Assembly: GCA_010356995.1 (NCBI GenBank)
Contig: ML996691.1
Coordinates: 440,174-504,173 of the forward strand
Direction of reading: 5' to 3'
DNA length: 64,000 nt
DNA from: Trichodelitschia bisporula
Taxonomy: Eukaryota
Shown here: piece after piece, positions 1 to 12,539 of the stretch
How positions within the stretch are numbered: position 1 is the stretch's first letter
Layout: every line of letters begins with the position of its first letter
The notes under the pieces: generated by a model
Seen by the model: the letters and a program-made list of their open reading frames with translations, nothing else
What the model was told of the DNA's origin: nothing
The model's database searches: none
Made by a program: the position numbers and the translations under genes

Positions 1-2350
1 CAGAAAGTCAAGAGCCAGGAGATCGTCAAGCGGATACGCGCGTCTGAGCAGGAGGTCACAGAGGTAGTCTCCAAGGCCGATCGCGCCGCTCAGGAGGGGC
101 AACAGGCGCCGGATGAGGAGGATTTCATCCTGCTTGAGGAGGACTTGAGCGACATCATTGCCGATGTGCATGATCTGGCCAAGTTCACTCAGCTGAATTA
201 CACTGGCTTCCAAAAGATCATCAAGAAGCATGATGTGCGTTGCACCCGCTTTCGGCGGCCAGACCCTGCTAACAGCCTCAGAAACAAACGGACTGGCATC
301 TTAAGCCCGTCTTTGCTGCCCGGTTGCGGGCTAAGCCCTTCTTCAAGGACAACTACGACGCGTTCATTGTGAAGCTCTCGAAGCTGTACGATCTCGTCCG
401 GACCCGCGGAAATCCTATCAAGGGTGATTCTTCCGCCGGTGGGGGCCAGCAAAACTTCGTCCGTCAGACGACGAAGTATTGGGTGCACCCGGACAACATC
501 ACCGAAGTCAAGCTCATCATTCTCAAGGTGCGTGGGAGGACATATGTAATGAACGTCTGCTAACGTCGTGCAGCACCTCCCCGTGCTGGTTTTCAATGCA
601 AGCAAAGAATTCGATGCGGCCGATACCGCCATTTCTTCCATATACTACGACAATGTCGACACATGGGAGCTCTATACCGGTCGTCTGAAGAAGACCGAAG
701 GCGCCGAAGCAATCCGTCTGCGTTGGTACGGCGGCATGAACACCGAGACCATCTTCGTGGAGCGCAAAACTCACCGTGAAGACTGGACGGGGGAGAAGTC
801 GGTCAAGGCGCGCTTCGCCATCAAGGAGAAGAACGTCAACGCCTTCCTCTCGGGCCAAATGACCGTTGATCAGGTCTTCGAGAGGATGCGCCGCGACGGC
901 AAGAAGAGTGAAAAGGAGATTGCCGACCTGGAACAACTGGCCCGCGAAATCCAGTATCGCGTCATTACTCGCAAGCTTGTCCCCGTTACCCGCAGCTTCT
1001 ACCACCGTACCGCCTTCCAGCTCCCCGGTGACGCCCGTGTGCGCATCTCCCTCGACACGGAGCTCACCATGATACGCGAAGACAACCTCGACGGGCGGCA
1101 ACGTGCCGGCAAGAACTGGCGCCGCATGGACATCGGCATCGACTTCCCATTTTCGCAACTCCCCCCCGAAGACGTCGAACGCTTCCCCTACGCTGTCCTC
1201 GAAGTCAAGCTCCAAACCCAAGCTGGCCAACAACCCCCGGAGTGGATCCGCGAACTCACAGCCTCGCACCTCGTCGAAGCAGTCCCCAAATTCAGCAAAT
1301 TCATCCACGGCACCGCCGTCCTCAACCCTGCCCGCATAGACCTCCTCCCCTTCTGGACCCCGCAGATGGATGTCGACATCCGCAAGCCCGTTTCCCACCG
1401 CTTCGGCATCGAGCGCCCCACCCAGTCCGGCGACATCAGCACGGGAAGCGAAAATATCGACGAGGATACGGATGATGAGGGCTTGCTCACGCTCCCTCCT
1501 GCGCCCCTGGATGACGACAACGACGATAACGTCAACATTCGCCGCCTGCGCGCCGCCCGCGACGCGCTTGAGGAACACGACGCGCAGCAGCGCCGCGACT
1601 TTGCCAACGGCGCCGCGGGCAATAGTCTTGATATTGAGGAGCGCGTCGGTGCGGCCCGTGCTCTGGCGCCGGACGACGATTACCCGATCTATGATTCTGA
1701 GTCCGAGGACGATGATTTCGAGGAGGCGCGTCGGGTGGGTGGTTGGCCCTATGCGCGGGCCCGCGCGAAGAGGTCGGCTCGTGTGGCGGCGAATGCAATC
1801 TGGAATGGGCTTCTGTTCGTTGCGCCCCGTCCGCGCGCGACGGAGATGCCGCCGGAGGAGGAGCGTGTGGGTGGGTCGAAGCGCGTGGGCGAGGTGAAGC
1901 GGTTTAAGGCGCCGCGGGGGAAACGTGAGTGCACCTCCTGGACCCTTACTCCTCCCCAGAGCGATGAGAGCTTTGCTAACTGCGCTACTTGCAGGTATTC
2001 ATGTCCCCGTGCGCATCGAGCCCAAAGTCTCCCTCGCGACGGAGCGCACCTTCCTCGCCTGGCTCGAGTTCAGCATCATCCTCGGCAGCATCGCGGCGGC
2101 ACTGATAAACTTCGGCGACGCGGTGAGCCTGGCGAGCGCGATTGGGTTTACAGTCGTGGGCGTTGTTGCGATCGGGTACTCGCTTGCGCTGTACCTCTGG
2201 CGCGTGGATAAGACGCGCAAGAGGCGGGCGGTTGTGTATCATGATAAGTGGGGACCGAGTGTGCTTTGCGTCATGCTCCTGGCGGCGGTGGCGGTTAATC
2301 TGGGGTTGAGGTTTGGGGGCATGGGGAGTGGGATTGGGTTTAAGGGGTAA
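1..2350 (+). CDS. VTC4: Vacuolar transporter chaperone 4 (polyphosphate polymerase: SPX end, VTC catalytic domain, C-terminal TM/DUF202); 5' end outside the window
   Basis: Motifs [91 protein letters not shown]. Introns 235-281, 528-573 and 1925-1994 join the ORF pieces in frame; stop TAA 2348-2350. Confidence 0.95.
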
Positions 2351-2648
2351 GTTTGTACAATAGTGGTGTAGATGTATTGGAAAGCGGATTTACTGTCGGT
2401 GGATGGGGGCAAATTGCATGGGCCTCCTGGCCGGGAGGAGACACTCTACGATTCGAAGCACGTAATCGAGAGCCATTGAGTAACCCATTGCCAACGGGTT
2501 GACCGCTAGTGTACAAATGCGCGCGAAGCAAAAAGACCAACTCCTCAAACCCCTTCGAGAGATCCCAGGCTAGCATACGCAGGTCTTGTCCCATTTTTGT
2601 TCTATGATGAAAACTCCTCCACACACATACAGGCCAGCGGCCCGTTCT

Positions 2649-4213
2649 CTACTTCTTGCCTATCCGCGTGTCCACCTTGCCCAGCACCCACACCGCAGCG
2701 AACAGGCTAAACACCGCCGCCGCCAGCGTGAGCGGCTTGCGATACCCCGCCGTCCAGGGGTAGTCATAGGTAATGAGCAGATCGCCCTTGTCGCGCCATT
2801 CGTCGACAACGTTGGTTGCGTGGATGATGACGGTGGGGCGGCCGAGGGTGTCCATGAAGGTGCGGTGGATGGAGATTTCGCTGGACTCGATGGGGACGGT
2901 GGTGTTCAGGCCGATGTTGCTGCCGAATTAGCTTTGCACAACGGCATGTAGTTATCGGGGACTTACATCGCGCCCTCGGGGAGAATAACCCGCACGGACA
3001 CCTTCTCATACTCCACGCCCTCCGCCATCTTCGGGCCCTCAAGGAAGGGCACGCGCAGGAGATAGCTCTCCGCACCCGCTTTCTTGAGATACATCCTCGC
3101 ATCCGCATTCCACCCCATCTTAAACGTATACTTCCACCCGCCAAACACCGGATACCGGGGCTTCATCTCCAGCAACCCGGTCTTAGGGCGCCAGCGGCTC
3201 GTGGTCACATTCCCAATATCATCCGTATAATACGGGTCGGAGCTGCCCGCCCGCAACGGAATGCGCAGCTCCTTGAGCGCTGTGGTGGGCGGACTGGAGT
3301 ACTGCGTCATCTGCCACTGGACGCGGGAGAAATGGTTCTTGAGCGCGGCGGCGCGGTTGTGCAGCGCGTAGTGCTCTTCGAACGCGACGTTGCCGCCCCA
3401 GTGGCTGACCTCGATATCGCGCTGCAGGCTCGGGGCGTGCAGGAGGGGCTTTGTGAATTCGTAGCGGAAGGAGATGGGGGCGGTGGTTAGGGCGGGGATG
3501 TCAACGTAGGGGCCATAGGTGAAGGAGGCGCCTTGCCGGGTTGGGTCTGAGGGGTTGTCGGAGCTGGTGCTTGGGAGGGTGGTGTAGTCTGGGATGTTGG
3601 TGGATGGGAAGCGCAGCTTGGTCTTCTGGTTGTGCGTCTTGTAGGCGGAGATCGCGTAGGCGGAGGTGTTGTAGGTTACGGTCTGCGAGTCCATTTGCTC
3701 GATGACGGAGGGGAGGGGGGTCAGGGCTGAGAGGACGGTGTAGGAGATGCTCAGCGTGAGGTCGGCGGAGGGAGCGAGGGGAGGGTCGATGCTGATGCGA
3801 TAGAAGTTGACAGCACTGCGGGAATCAGCAGAGCACTAAAACATCATCCAACGAACTCACTCGGTCTCACTGAAGCTGCCAAAGTCGATCTGATACGGCT
3901 CCGCTATCTCGCTTTTCTTATTCCGCACCTCGAGGCCACCGACGCGGTCTACCACGGTTGCGTCAAAGGCCAGGTAGTAGTACGTCTGCGGCTCCTTATC
4001 GACGTTCTTAACGACAACATTGATAGTCTCGCGCGGGTAGCCCTTCTCGAGATTGACATTGCGCACGAGATTGGTGTTCTCGAACACCTGGGGCGGCTTG
4101 AACTCGCTCAGGAGGATCTGTCTGGACTGGTCGCGCGTGGCATTGGGAGCGGAGGCGGAGACGGATGCACAGAGGGCGGCGGCGCCGCTAATCAGGAGAG
4201 TTGAAAGCCGCAT
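2649..4213 (-). CDS. OST1: Oligosaccharyltransferase alpha subunit (ribophorin I)
   Basis: Signal peptide MRLSTLLISGAAALCASVSA; motifs DIEVSHWGGNVAFEEHY, YYTDDIGNVTTS, PRYPVFGGWKY, YMDTLGRP; C-terminal TM after RKPL. Two introns (~3817-3860 and ~2921-2966). Confidence 0.93.
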
Positions 4214-4807
4214 TGCTGGCGATTGTGGAGCTCCGTCGAGGAGCAGTGCAGCATCAAGACGCTGGATGTGGGTGGTGGAGGCGGGGGGGTTGGTTCAATG
4301 TGCCTGAATAAGCTCTGACAGCCTGATGTTGAATCGTGGCTTCTGAGGGTCCTGCTAAACATTTCGCCGGGGCCCTGCGACGAATGGACGGCGGAGACGG
4401 CGCCTCGACACAACTGCATCTCAACACGAAATTTGGATCCTTTGCACTCTTTGCACCCGCTACAATGGCAGGCAATGAATGGATGCTATTTTTTTATGGA
4501 CAATTAGATCTAATCTCACCCCAATGCGCTTGCTGGAGCTCCCTCATGGAAAGCTCCAACTCCTTCCAGGTTGCAGGGCAAGAAGGCTGCCAAGTAAAAT
4601 CGATCAATTGAAGGCATGTACGCTGTTCATATTCAACGGAGAGACCATGTGACGGCATCTTCGAAGCGGATGAGCTAGTTGATCTTCGCCGGGGAGAAGC
4701 TCAAGACAACTGGCCCATACTGCCATGGCAGACGAGTGTCAGGAAGCAAGCCCTGGCGCAAACAAGTTTATGAGCAGTAGATCGAACGCCTGCATTCGAA
4801 TCCGAGC

Positions 4808-5949
4808 CTAAGATGAAGGCACAGGATAACGTCTTGGACCCTCGGTGGAGAACAGGACGACGACAGAATCCTTCCCAAGGTTCAACGCACTACGGTCAAG
4901 CCTATGGAACTTCCGGAGAGCTGCGAACGGCGCAGCACCACAGGGACCGCTGTCCACTCCAGCAATGTTGAGATACTCGACCGCTTTATGGGCCTCTCGA
5001 TCCGAAATAAGAACGCTTGCATCGACACCATTCCGAAGAAAAGGCCAGGCGATTGCAGAGGTAGTGCCGCAGTTCATGCCGCACATGATGGTCTCTCCTG
5101 TTTTGATAGGCACCACCTCGTCAGCGGCAAGGCTGGCATAGAGAGATCCCGCCGCTTCCGGTTCTACAGTTATCACAGATGCCCGCGCGCTGTGCCCTTT
5201 GTAGTGGGCAACCACCGCCTGTGCCCACGACCCAACTCCAACCGAAGCGATGGAATGGGTAACCGGCTTAGAAACAAGGCTCTCAACTTGCTGGTCGACT
5301 TCGGCGAGCATGGTTGAGTAACCATCTGTAACCCACTGAGATCGCATGAGCTAACCCTATCTTCCAACACGTGGTGACTAACCTGCGGGATCTCGGTATA
5401 CCTAGGCCAGGAGGTATCCAACATCAAAATGGATCCCGTCTTCTCCGAATCAGCCTTGGCGAATGCAATGCATGTGTCATAGTCTCCTGACAACACCAAT
5501 ACCTCAGCTCCCAAGTCGAACATCTTCGCTTGTGTCTCCTCGTTCATGAAGCTGGGAACGAAGACCTTCACCGGAATAGTCAATTCCCACGACATCTTCG
5601 AGACTGCCTCGCCCCAGTTGCCCTCAGTACATGTTACGATCCTCAAATTTGAGGCTCTAGCCGCCCGGCCAGCAGCTGCCATTGTGGTGGACTCATATGG
5701 CAATTCCAATTTGGCACAAACGGCGCGCCAGACCGCCCACGAGGCTCCGAGTATCTTGAACGAGGGGAGACCAAGGCGATATGACTCGTCTTTGACTAGG
5801 AGATGGCCGACACGGAGTTCTTCGGCGAGCCGTGGAAGGGAAGTAAGAGGGGTCGGCTTGTAAGCGATCTGCGATTGATGGAAGCGAAGGACTTGCGGGT
5901 CATACTGAGACACACAGGTCCAAGAGCTAGCGGAGGGGTTAAGGTGCAT
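4808..5949 (-). CDS. PLP-dependent fold-type II enzyme, diaminopropionate ammonia-lyase family
   Basis: YKPTPL..LP.LA.EL, VKDESYRLGLPSFKILGASWA (PLP Lys), VGVGSWAQ, TIMCGMNCGT, GPCGAA, VVVLFSTEG. One intron (~5337-5382, GTTAGT..CTCAG). Confidence 0.85.
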
Positions 5950-6787
5950 GACGCTGTCTGAACTGAAGAATGTCTTCGGCGATGATGCGGGGAGCCTATG
6001 CTGCTTTCTGAAGTGGGGGTTCTATCATGCCTCAGCACGTCGGATAGCGAGTACCTTTAGCGGTTAGCTTTTTCGAGCCTGCTAAGGCAGACACTTTATA
6101 ACAACTAGCAAGTGCGCCTTGCCGCTGATAGCTATTGCCGAAGTCGCAAGAGACAACGGTAAACTCCCAGGACTCAGTTGGAGAAAAACGAGTGAGGTCC
6201 GAAGGTCCCCGGACGCGACAGGTTTGGTCTCGTCACATAAAAAAGACTGGCGAAGCACCACAGTAGAACTAAACGATGGGTCGCCTTACAGGAAGAGTCA
6301 GTCCGAATATGCAGGAGCTAGAATCAAACTAGCTACTGGAGCCGGTGGTATCCGACCGGTGTGTGGATAGCTGGATAGCTTACGGGAATGTTTGTGGGGT
6401 AATCAAGCTGTCGAAGGCTTCTTTCTGATGACTCGGTCAAGGCAAAGTGGACCGAGAACCATAACGTCACGCCCTAGCCTTGACCTCTACCGCTTCTGCA
6501 CCCTATCACGCCACGCTAATGTTCGTGTTGGCTGCAAAAGGTGGGGTGCGGGAAAGAGAGTGGGATGGAGGGGTTAGGGTCTTTCTAACCGCGGGGTTCG
6601 TGGAGCTTGATAACTTTCGTCATCCTTTCGCGTCGCGTCGATCTCTTTACAGACGGGATTTCGCATATCTTTGCCGCTGTCGCCACCACACAGCATTCAT
6701 CCTATCTTCTTGTACAATTGATGGTAGTTGAATTATCTCCTATCCGGTCTTACCTCCTAATAGACATTCGCAACTTTCCACACTGAA

Positions 6788-9700
6788 ATGACTGACAAAG
6801 CACCTCTCAAGAGGGGAATCCGCATTGCCATTGATGTACGTGCTCATTATATTGCCACATCCATCCACTGACATGTTCTAGCGCGGAGGCACCTTCACAG
6901 ACTGTGTCGGCAATCCAGGCAGCGGACGTATGGAAGACGATGTGATTATCAAGCTCCTCTCCGTCGATCCCGCAAACTACGACGATGCACCTCTCGAAGG
7001 CATTCGGCGACTCTTGTCCAAGTTCACCGGCAAGGAAATCCCTCGCGGCGAGCCACTGGACACGTCTGTGATTGAGAGTATCCGCATGGGGACGACAGTC
7101 GCCACAAATGCTCTGCTAGAACGTAAAGGAGAGGACATTGCCATGGTCGTGACCAAAGGTTTCAAGGACTGTCTAGAGATTGGCAACCAATCACGCCCAA
7201 ATATCTTCGACCTTGCCATCCGGAAGCCGGGGGTGCTCTACAAGAAGGTTGTTGAAATCGAGGAACGCGTAACTCTTGAGGACTACGCCGAAGATCCGGA
7301 ACGAGCCCAAACGGAGGCGCAGTCGCAAGATGAGGCAGGCCCAGACGCCATACTGGTCAAGGGCCTATCGGGTGAGGCAGTGCGCATTCTGCAGAGACCA
7401 GACGAGGAAAAGATAAGGAAGCAGTTGCAAGAAGTGTATGACCAGGGGTTGCGGAGCATCGCTGTGTGCTTGATGCACGGATACACTTATCCCAACCACG
7501 AAGCATTGGTGGGCCGGATCGCTCAGGACATCGGGTTCGATCATGTCAGCCTGTCGCACCAGCTCATGCCCATGATCAAATTGGTTCCAAGAGCAACATC
7601 CGTTTGCGCCGACGCTTATCTGACGCCGGCGATCAAAAAGTACATTTCCGGCTTCGCTGCCGGATTCAAGGGCGGCCTGGGGACGGAGAGAGTCAAAAAG
7701 GAGAAGGGAGCACGCGGAGCGCGGTGCGAGTTCATGCAGTCCGATGGCGGCCTCGCCGATGTAGACTCCTTTTCTGGCCTGCGAGCCATCCTTTCTGGGC
7801 CTGCCGGCGGTGTTGTTGGTTATGCCCTTACTTCGTACGACCCGGAAACAAAGATTCCTGTGATTGGCTTCGATATGGGCGGTACCAGTACCGACGTTAG
7901 TAGATACGGTTCTGGAAGATATGATCACGTTTTCGAGACCACCACGGCCGGTGTCACCATCCAGTCGCCTCAGCTAGATATCAACACTGTAGCGGCCGGA
8001 GGAGGCTCGCGTCTCTTTTGGCGAAACGGTCTCTTCGTCGTCGGACCGGAATCCGCAAGCGCCCATCCGGGTCCTGCTTGCTACCGCAAAGGGGGTCCAT
8101 TGACCATCACCGATGCCAATCTGTTTCTCGGTCGGCTCCTACCCGATTTCTTCCCCAAAATCTTCGGCAAGAACGAAGATGAGGGTCTCGATGCCGAAGC
8201 CAGCCACAAGTTGTTCGAAGAACTGTCGGAGCAAATCAACCAGGACATTGCTGGGGACGACAAGAGCAAGGAGATGTCGCTTGACGAAGTTGCTTACGGC
8301 TTCCTCAAGATCGCTAATGAGACGATGACTCGGCCTATCCGGTCGCTGACTGAGGCCCGCGGGTTCGACACCTCCAAGCATCGGCTTGCTACTTTTGGTG
8401 GAGCTGGTGGTCAGCACGCCGTTGCCATTGCTGAAGCGCTCGGCATCAAACAGATCCTAATTCATCGGTATTCGTCTGTACTTTCGGCCTACGGCATGGC
8501 GCTGGCGGATGTTGTGGATGAACGGCAGGAGCCGGACTCGAAAGTGTGGTCGGATGAAGGCGATGTTGTCAAGCATTTGCAAGAAAAGATGGAAGACTTG
8601 AAGTCAAAGTCAAGACAGGCCCTGCGGGACCAAGGCTTCTCCGATGAGGAGATCCAATTCGAAGAATATCTCAACATGCGGTACCGTGGAACGGAATCTG
8701 CGCTAATGATCATCAAACCGTCGCCAGAGGAAGCCGAGGAGTTTGGTGGTAACCAATGGGCCTTTGAGAGAGCATTCGTCAAGGTGCACGAGCAGGAGTT
8801 CGGCTTCACTCTTCCTGATCGCGATATCATCATCGATGACGTGAGAGTGAGGGGCATTGGCAAGTCATTCGAGGGCCTAGAGAAGACAGTCGATCAACAA
8901 CTGAAAGAGATCACCTTCAAGGACCTAAGCAAGGGACAGAAGCAGTACGGGATTCGTCAAGTCTACTTTGAAGGTGGACGACAGGAGACTCCGGTCTACA
9001 AGCTGGAAGATCTGGCCGTTGGCGACAAACTTCTTGGTCCTGCAATCCTCGCAGATGGCACTCAGACTATCGTTGTGACCCCCGGAGCTACTGCTTCGAT
9101 CATTCATACCCATGTGATCATCAAAATTGGAGAAAGCACCCCTCAGGAGAAGACCGATACGAAAGTCGTTGATCCTATCCTTCTGAGCATCTTTGCGCAC
9201 CGCTTCATGGCCATTGCGGAACAGATGGGCCGCGCATTGCAGAAGACCAGCGTCAGCACGAACGTGAAAGAACGCTTAGACTATTCCTGCGCCTTATTTG
9301 ATTCCGAGGGGGGTTTGGTCGCAAATGGTATGTGATTCTGTAACATTTCGAGCAATCACTCACGTTCTGCAAGCACCGCATCTGCCTGTCCACCTTGGAA
9401 GCATGTCGACCTGCGTCCGCACGCAAGCCAAAATATGGGAGGGCAAGCTTAAGCCCGGGGATGTTCTGGTATCGAACCATCCCATGTTCGGCGGGACGCA
9501 TCTTCCAGACATCACAGCCATAACGCCCGCCTTTAGCGGGGACAAGATTGTCTTCTATGTGGCCTCGCGTGCCCATCATGCCGACATCGGCGGAATTCTG
9601 CCTGGCTCGATGCCGCCTCATTCCCGTGAGCTCTACCAGGAAGGCGCGTCCATCAAGTCCGAGAAACTGGTTTCCGAGGGTCGGTTCAACGAAGAGCGCA

Positions 9701-10995
9701 TGACGGAGCTTTTGTTCGACGAGCCCGCGCAATATCCGGGCTGCAGCGGGACTAGGTGCCTGGCGGACAACATCAACGATTTGAAGGCGCAAGTGGCTGC
9801 GAATCAGAAGGGTATCACTTTGATTTCCGGCCTGATCGAGGAGTACGGCGAAGAGGTCGTCCAGTTCTACATGAAGAGCATTCAGGACAACGCCGAGCAA
9901 AGCGTCAAGACTCTTCTGAAAGAAGTGAGCCGCAGGTTCGAAGGACAGGACCTGTCCGCTGTCGACTACATGGATGACGGAAGTCCCATCAAGCTCAAGG
10001 TCTCCATCGATGCTAAGAAGGGCGAGGCTACCTTCGACTTTACGGGAACCGGGCCGGAAGTTTATGGTGAGCGGGATACATGATGTACAAGAAATGCTAA
10101 CCACATACCAGCAAACATCAATGCCCCCGAAGCAGTCACCTACTCCGCAATAATCTACTGCCTCCGCTGCCTAATCTCCGAAGACATTCCCCTAAACCAA
10201 GGTTGCCTCAAGCCCATCACCGTCAAAATCCCCAAACGCTCCTTCCTCTCCCCCTCCGACAAAGCCGCCGTCGTAGGCGGCAACGTCCTCACCTCCCAGC
10301 GTGTAACCGATGTCGTCCTCAAAGCTTTCAACGCCTGCGCCGCCTCCCAAGGCTGCTGCAACAACCTAACCTTCGGCTTCGGTGGCAACGAAGCCGGGTC
10401 CGACGCCGTGCGCGGCTTCGGGTACTACGAGACCATCGCCGGCGGGTCCGGCGCCGGGCCGACGTGGGACGGGAGTTCGGGCGTGCATGTGCATATGACG
10501 AACACGCGCATTACCGATGCGGAGGTTTTCGAAAGGCGGTACCCTGTTATTCTGCGCGAGTTTAGTTTGAGGGCGGGGAGCCGCGGGAAGGGGCAGCACC
10601 CTGGTGGTGATGGCGTGGTGCGGGATATTGAGTTTCGGATCCCGATGCAGGTTAGTATACTGAGTGAGAGGAGAGTGTATCGGCCGTATGGGCTGGAGGG
10701 GGGGGAGGATGCGGAGTGTGGGTTGAATGTTTGGGTTAGGAAGGTGGAGGGTGATGGCAACTCGGATGCGGTGGAAGGGTCGGGCGGTGACGTTGAATAC
10801 CGGTATATCAACTTGGGGGGTAAGAACACGGCGAGCATGAAGGCGGGCGAGCACATCATCGTCAAAACGCCTGGTGGAGGTGGGTGGGGTAAGATTGGGG
10901 AGGCGAGCAAAGTTGTCAAGCAGCAGGATCCGAAGCACGCGTGGAGGAAGGGGAGTGTGGCCATGAGGCAGGACATGGCGGAGGCTTCGGCCTAA
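6788..10995 (+). CDS. OXP1: 5-oxoprolinase (hydantoinase A + B fusion)
   Basis: [110 protein letters not shown]. Introns 6835-6881, 9328-9373, 10067-10111. Confidence 0.95.
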
Positions 10996-11362
10996 TTGGA
11001 CGCAGTACATGTATATGAGAGCCTCAAATTGGCATGGACAATAGTACACTATCTACTAGGCTGAGCAAAGCTGCTAGTTCTAGAACTTGCAAAGTATCAA
11101 CAGAAAAGCTACTCCTGTTGAGAAGAGCAATGACCGAAAATCCCCTGTCCTGCAGGACTCCGTGATGCCAGTTTTTGCAGACAATCGTATCGCCTACGCT
11201 CTCCGCTCAAAGGATATCAATCGCTAAGACCGAAGCGCAAACCGTTCGCCAACCCATCCTGAAGCGCCGATTCAAACCAATCAGTGACTAATCTCTGTCC
11301 GTGCCGAAATCCGTCCTTGATCTGCCCTCATCAGCATACCGACGCTAATCGGGTAGCGGAAC

Positions 11363-12539
11363 TTACGACTTGCTCCTGACGTACCTCATGTCTATATCCA
11401 CATCCCGAATCAGTCCATGCTTTGCAAAATGCGTCACCAACCCCTCATCCCCATCCTCATGCTGCGCATGTCCGAGCCCAATTCGATCCAGCGAATCACG
11501 CAGCACAAGCTCATAATACCCCGTCGCAAAAAAGGTTGCGGGAATGTTGACGAACATGCCGATCCACCAGTAATTCTTGTACGAGAAGGCATTTCGGCCG
11601 TAGAACATCGCTGCCACGAGACGGCATCCGAGGTCGCGCGCGAGGTTGGTGCTGATGGAGAAGGAAGAGAAGCCCCATACCATGCACGCGTAGGCAATGC
11701 CGATGATGAAGGGCGCGGCGGATGGTGTCACGAAGGGGTTGGCCGGGTCGAGGACTGCCCAGATTACGAGTCCCTGGGGAGTTAGTAGTGGTAATGATAG
11801 GGGCTGAAAAGCTTACGATGAAGGAGGCGACGAAGAATTCGACGAGGAAGACCCATCCTGGCCCATTTCCGCTTGGCTGCCAGTAGGTGATAAACACGCT
11901 TGCCGGCCCGGTGGCAATGGCACCGTCTATTCCAGATCCCGCAAGGTCGTGGCTGAGAGAGGCCATTTGCTCATGATACTGCGCCATGAGAACCAGTCCG
12001 GCCGCAAAAGCTCCGAATATCTGGGCCATGATGTAAAATGGAGCTTTTCTCCATGGAAACCCTTGCCAGGTTGCGAAGCAAAGTGTGATGGCCTGGATGG
12101 CCATGTAAGAATGGTGACCGCGTACTGGTAAAAGGGATACTGACCGGGTTGAAGTGGCCTCCTGACGTTGAGGCGCAAGTGATGATAGCCAGCGCAATGC
12201 CAAAGCAGTATGCCAGCCCGATGGTGAGCGAAGAGCCAAACGCTGGGTTGCCTTTTTCGACCGTGAACGCAGCTGTCGCTGCAATGCCCGGGTAAACTGT
12301 GTCGACATATCAGCGGTCGCAATCGGTCAAATGGTGCATGTTCGCAACGTACCGTAAAAGAAGACGCCGGTAGCTTCAGCGGCCATCTCCCTCAGTAGCC
12401 TAGGTCTTGCAAATTCAAAGTCTAGCCGACGTTGAGATATCGGTCTGGCTGTGCCCACATGGCGAGTAAGGTGCCTTTGGAGGACTTGTGTCGTTCCAAG
12501 CTCAATGTCTTGAGTGTTCAGACGGTGAAGGTCGGACAT
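11363..12539 (-). CDS. MIP-family channel, fungal aquaglyceroporin type
   Basis: After removing three introns: REMAAEATGVFFYVYPG, SGGHFNPAIT..F, FPWRKAPFYIMAQIFGAFAAG, EFFVASF, second loop motif ISTNLARDLG. An alternative in-frame ATG lies at 12569. Confidence 0.88.

Noticed and set aside
523..1578. 351-aa minus-strand ORF, and similar long antisense ORFs at 9253-10104, 34546-35478 and 50737-51648
   Set aside because: Antisense shadows of well-supported, GC3-biased genes; no recognisable motifs.
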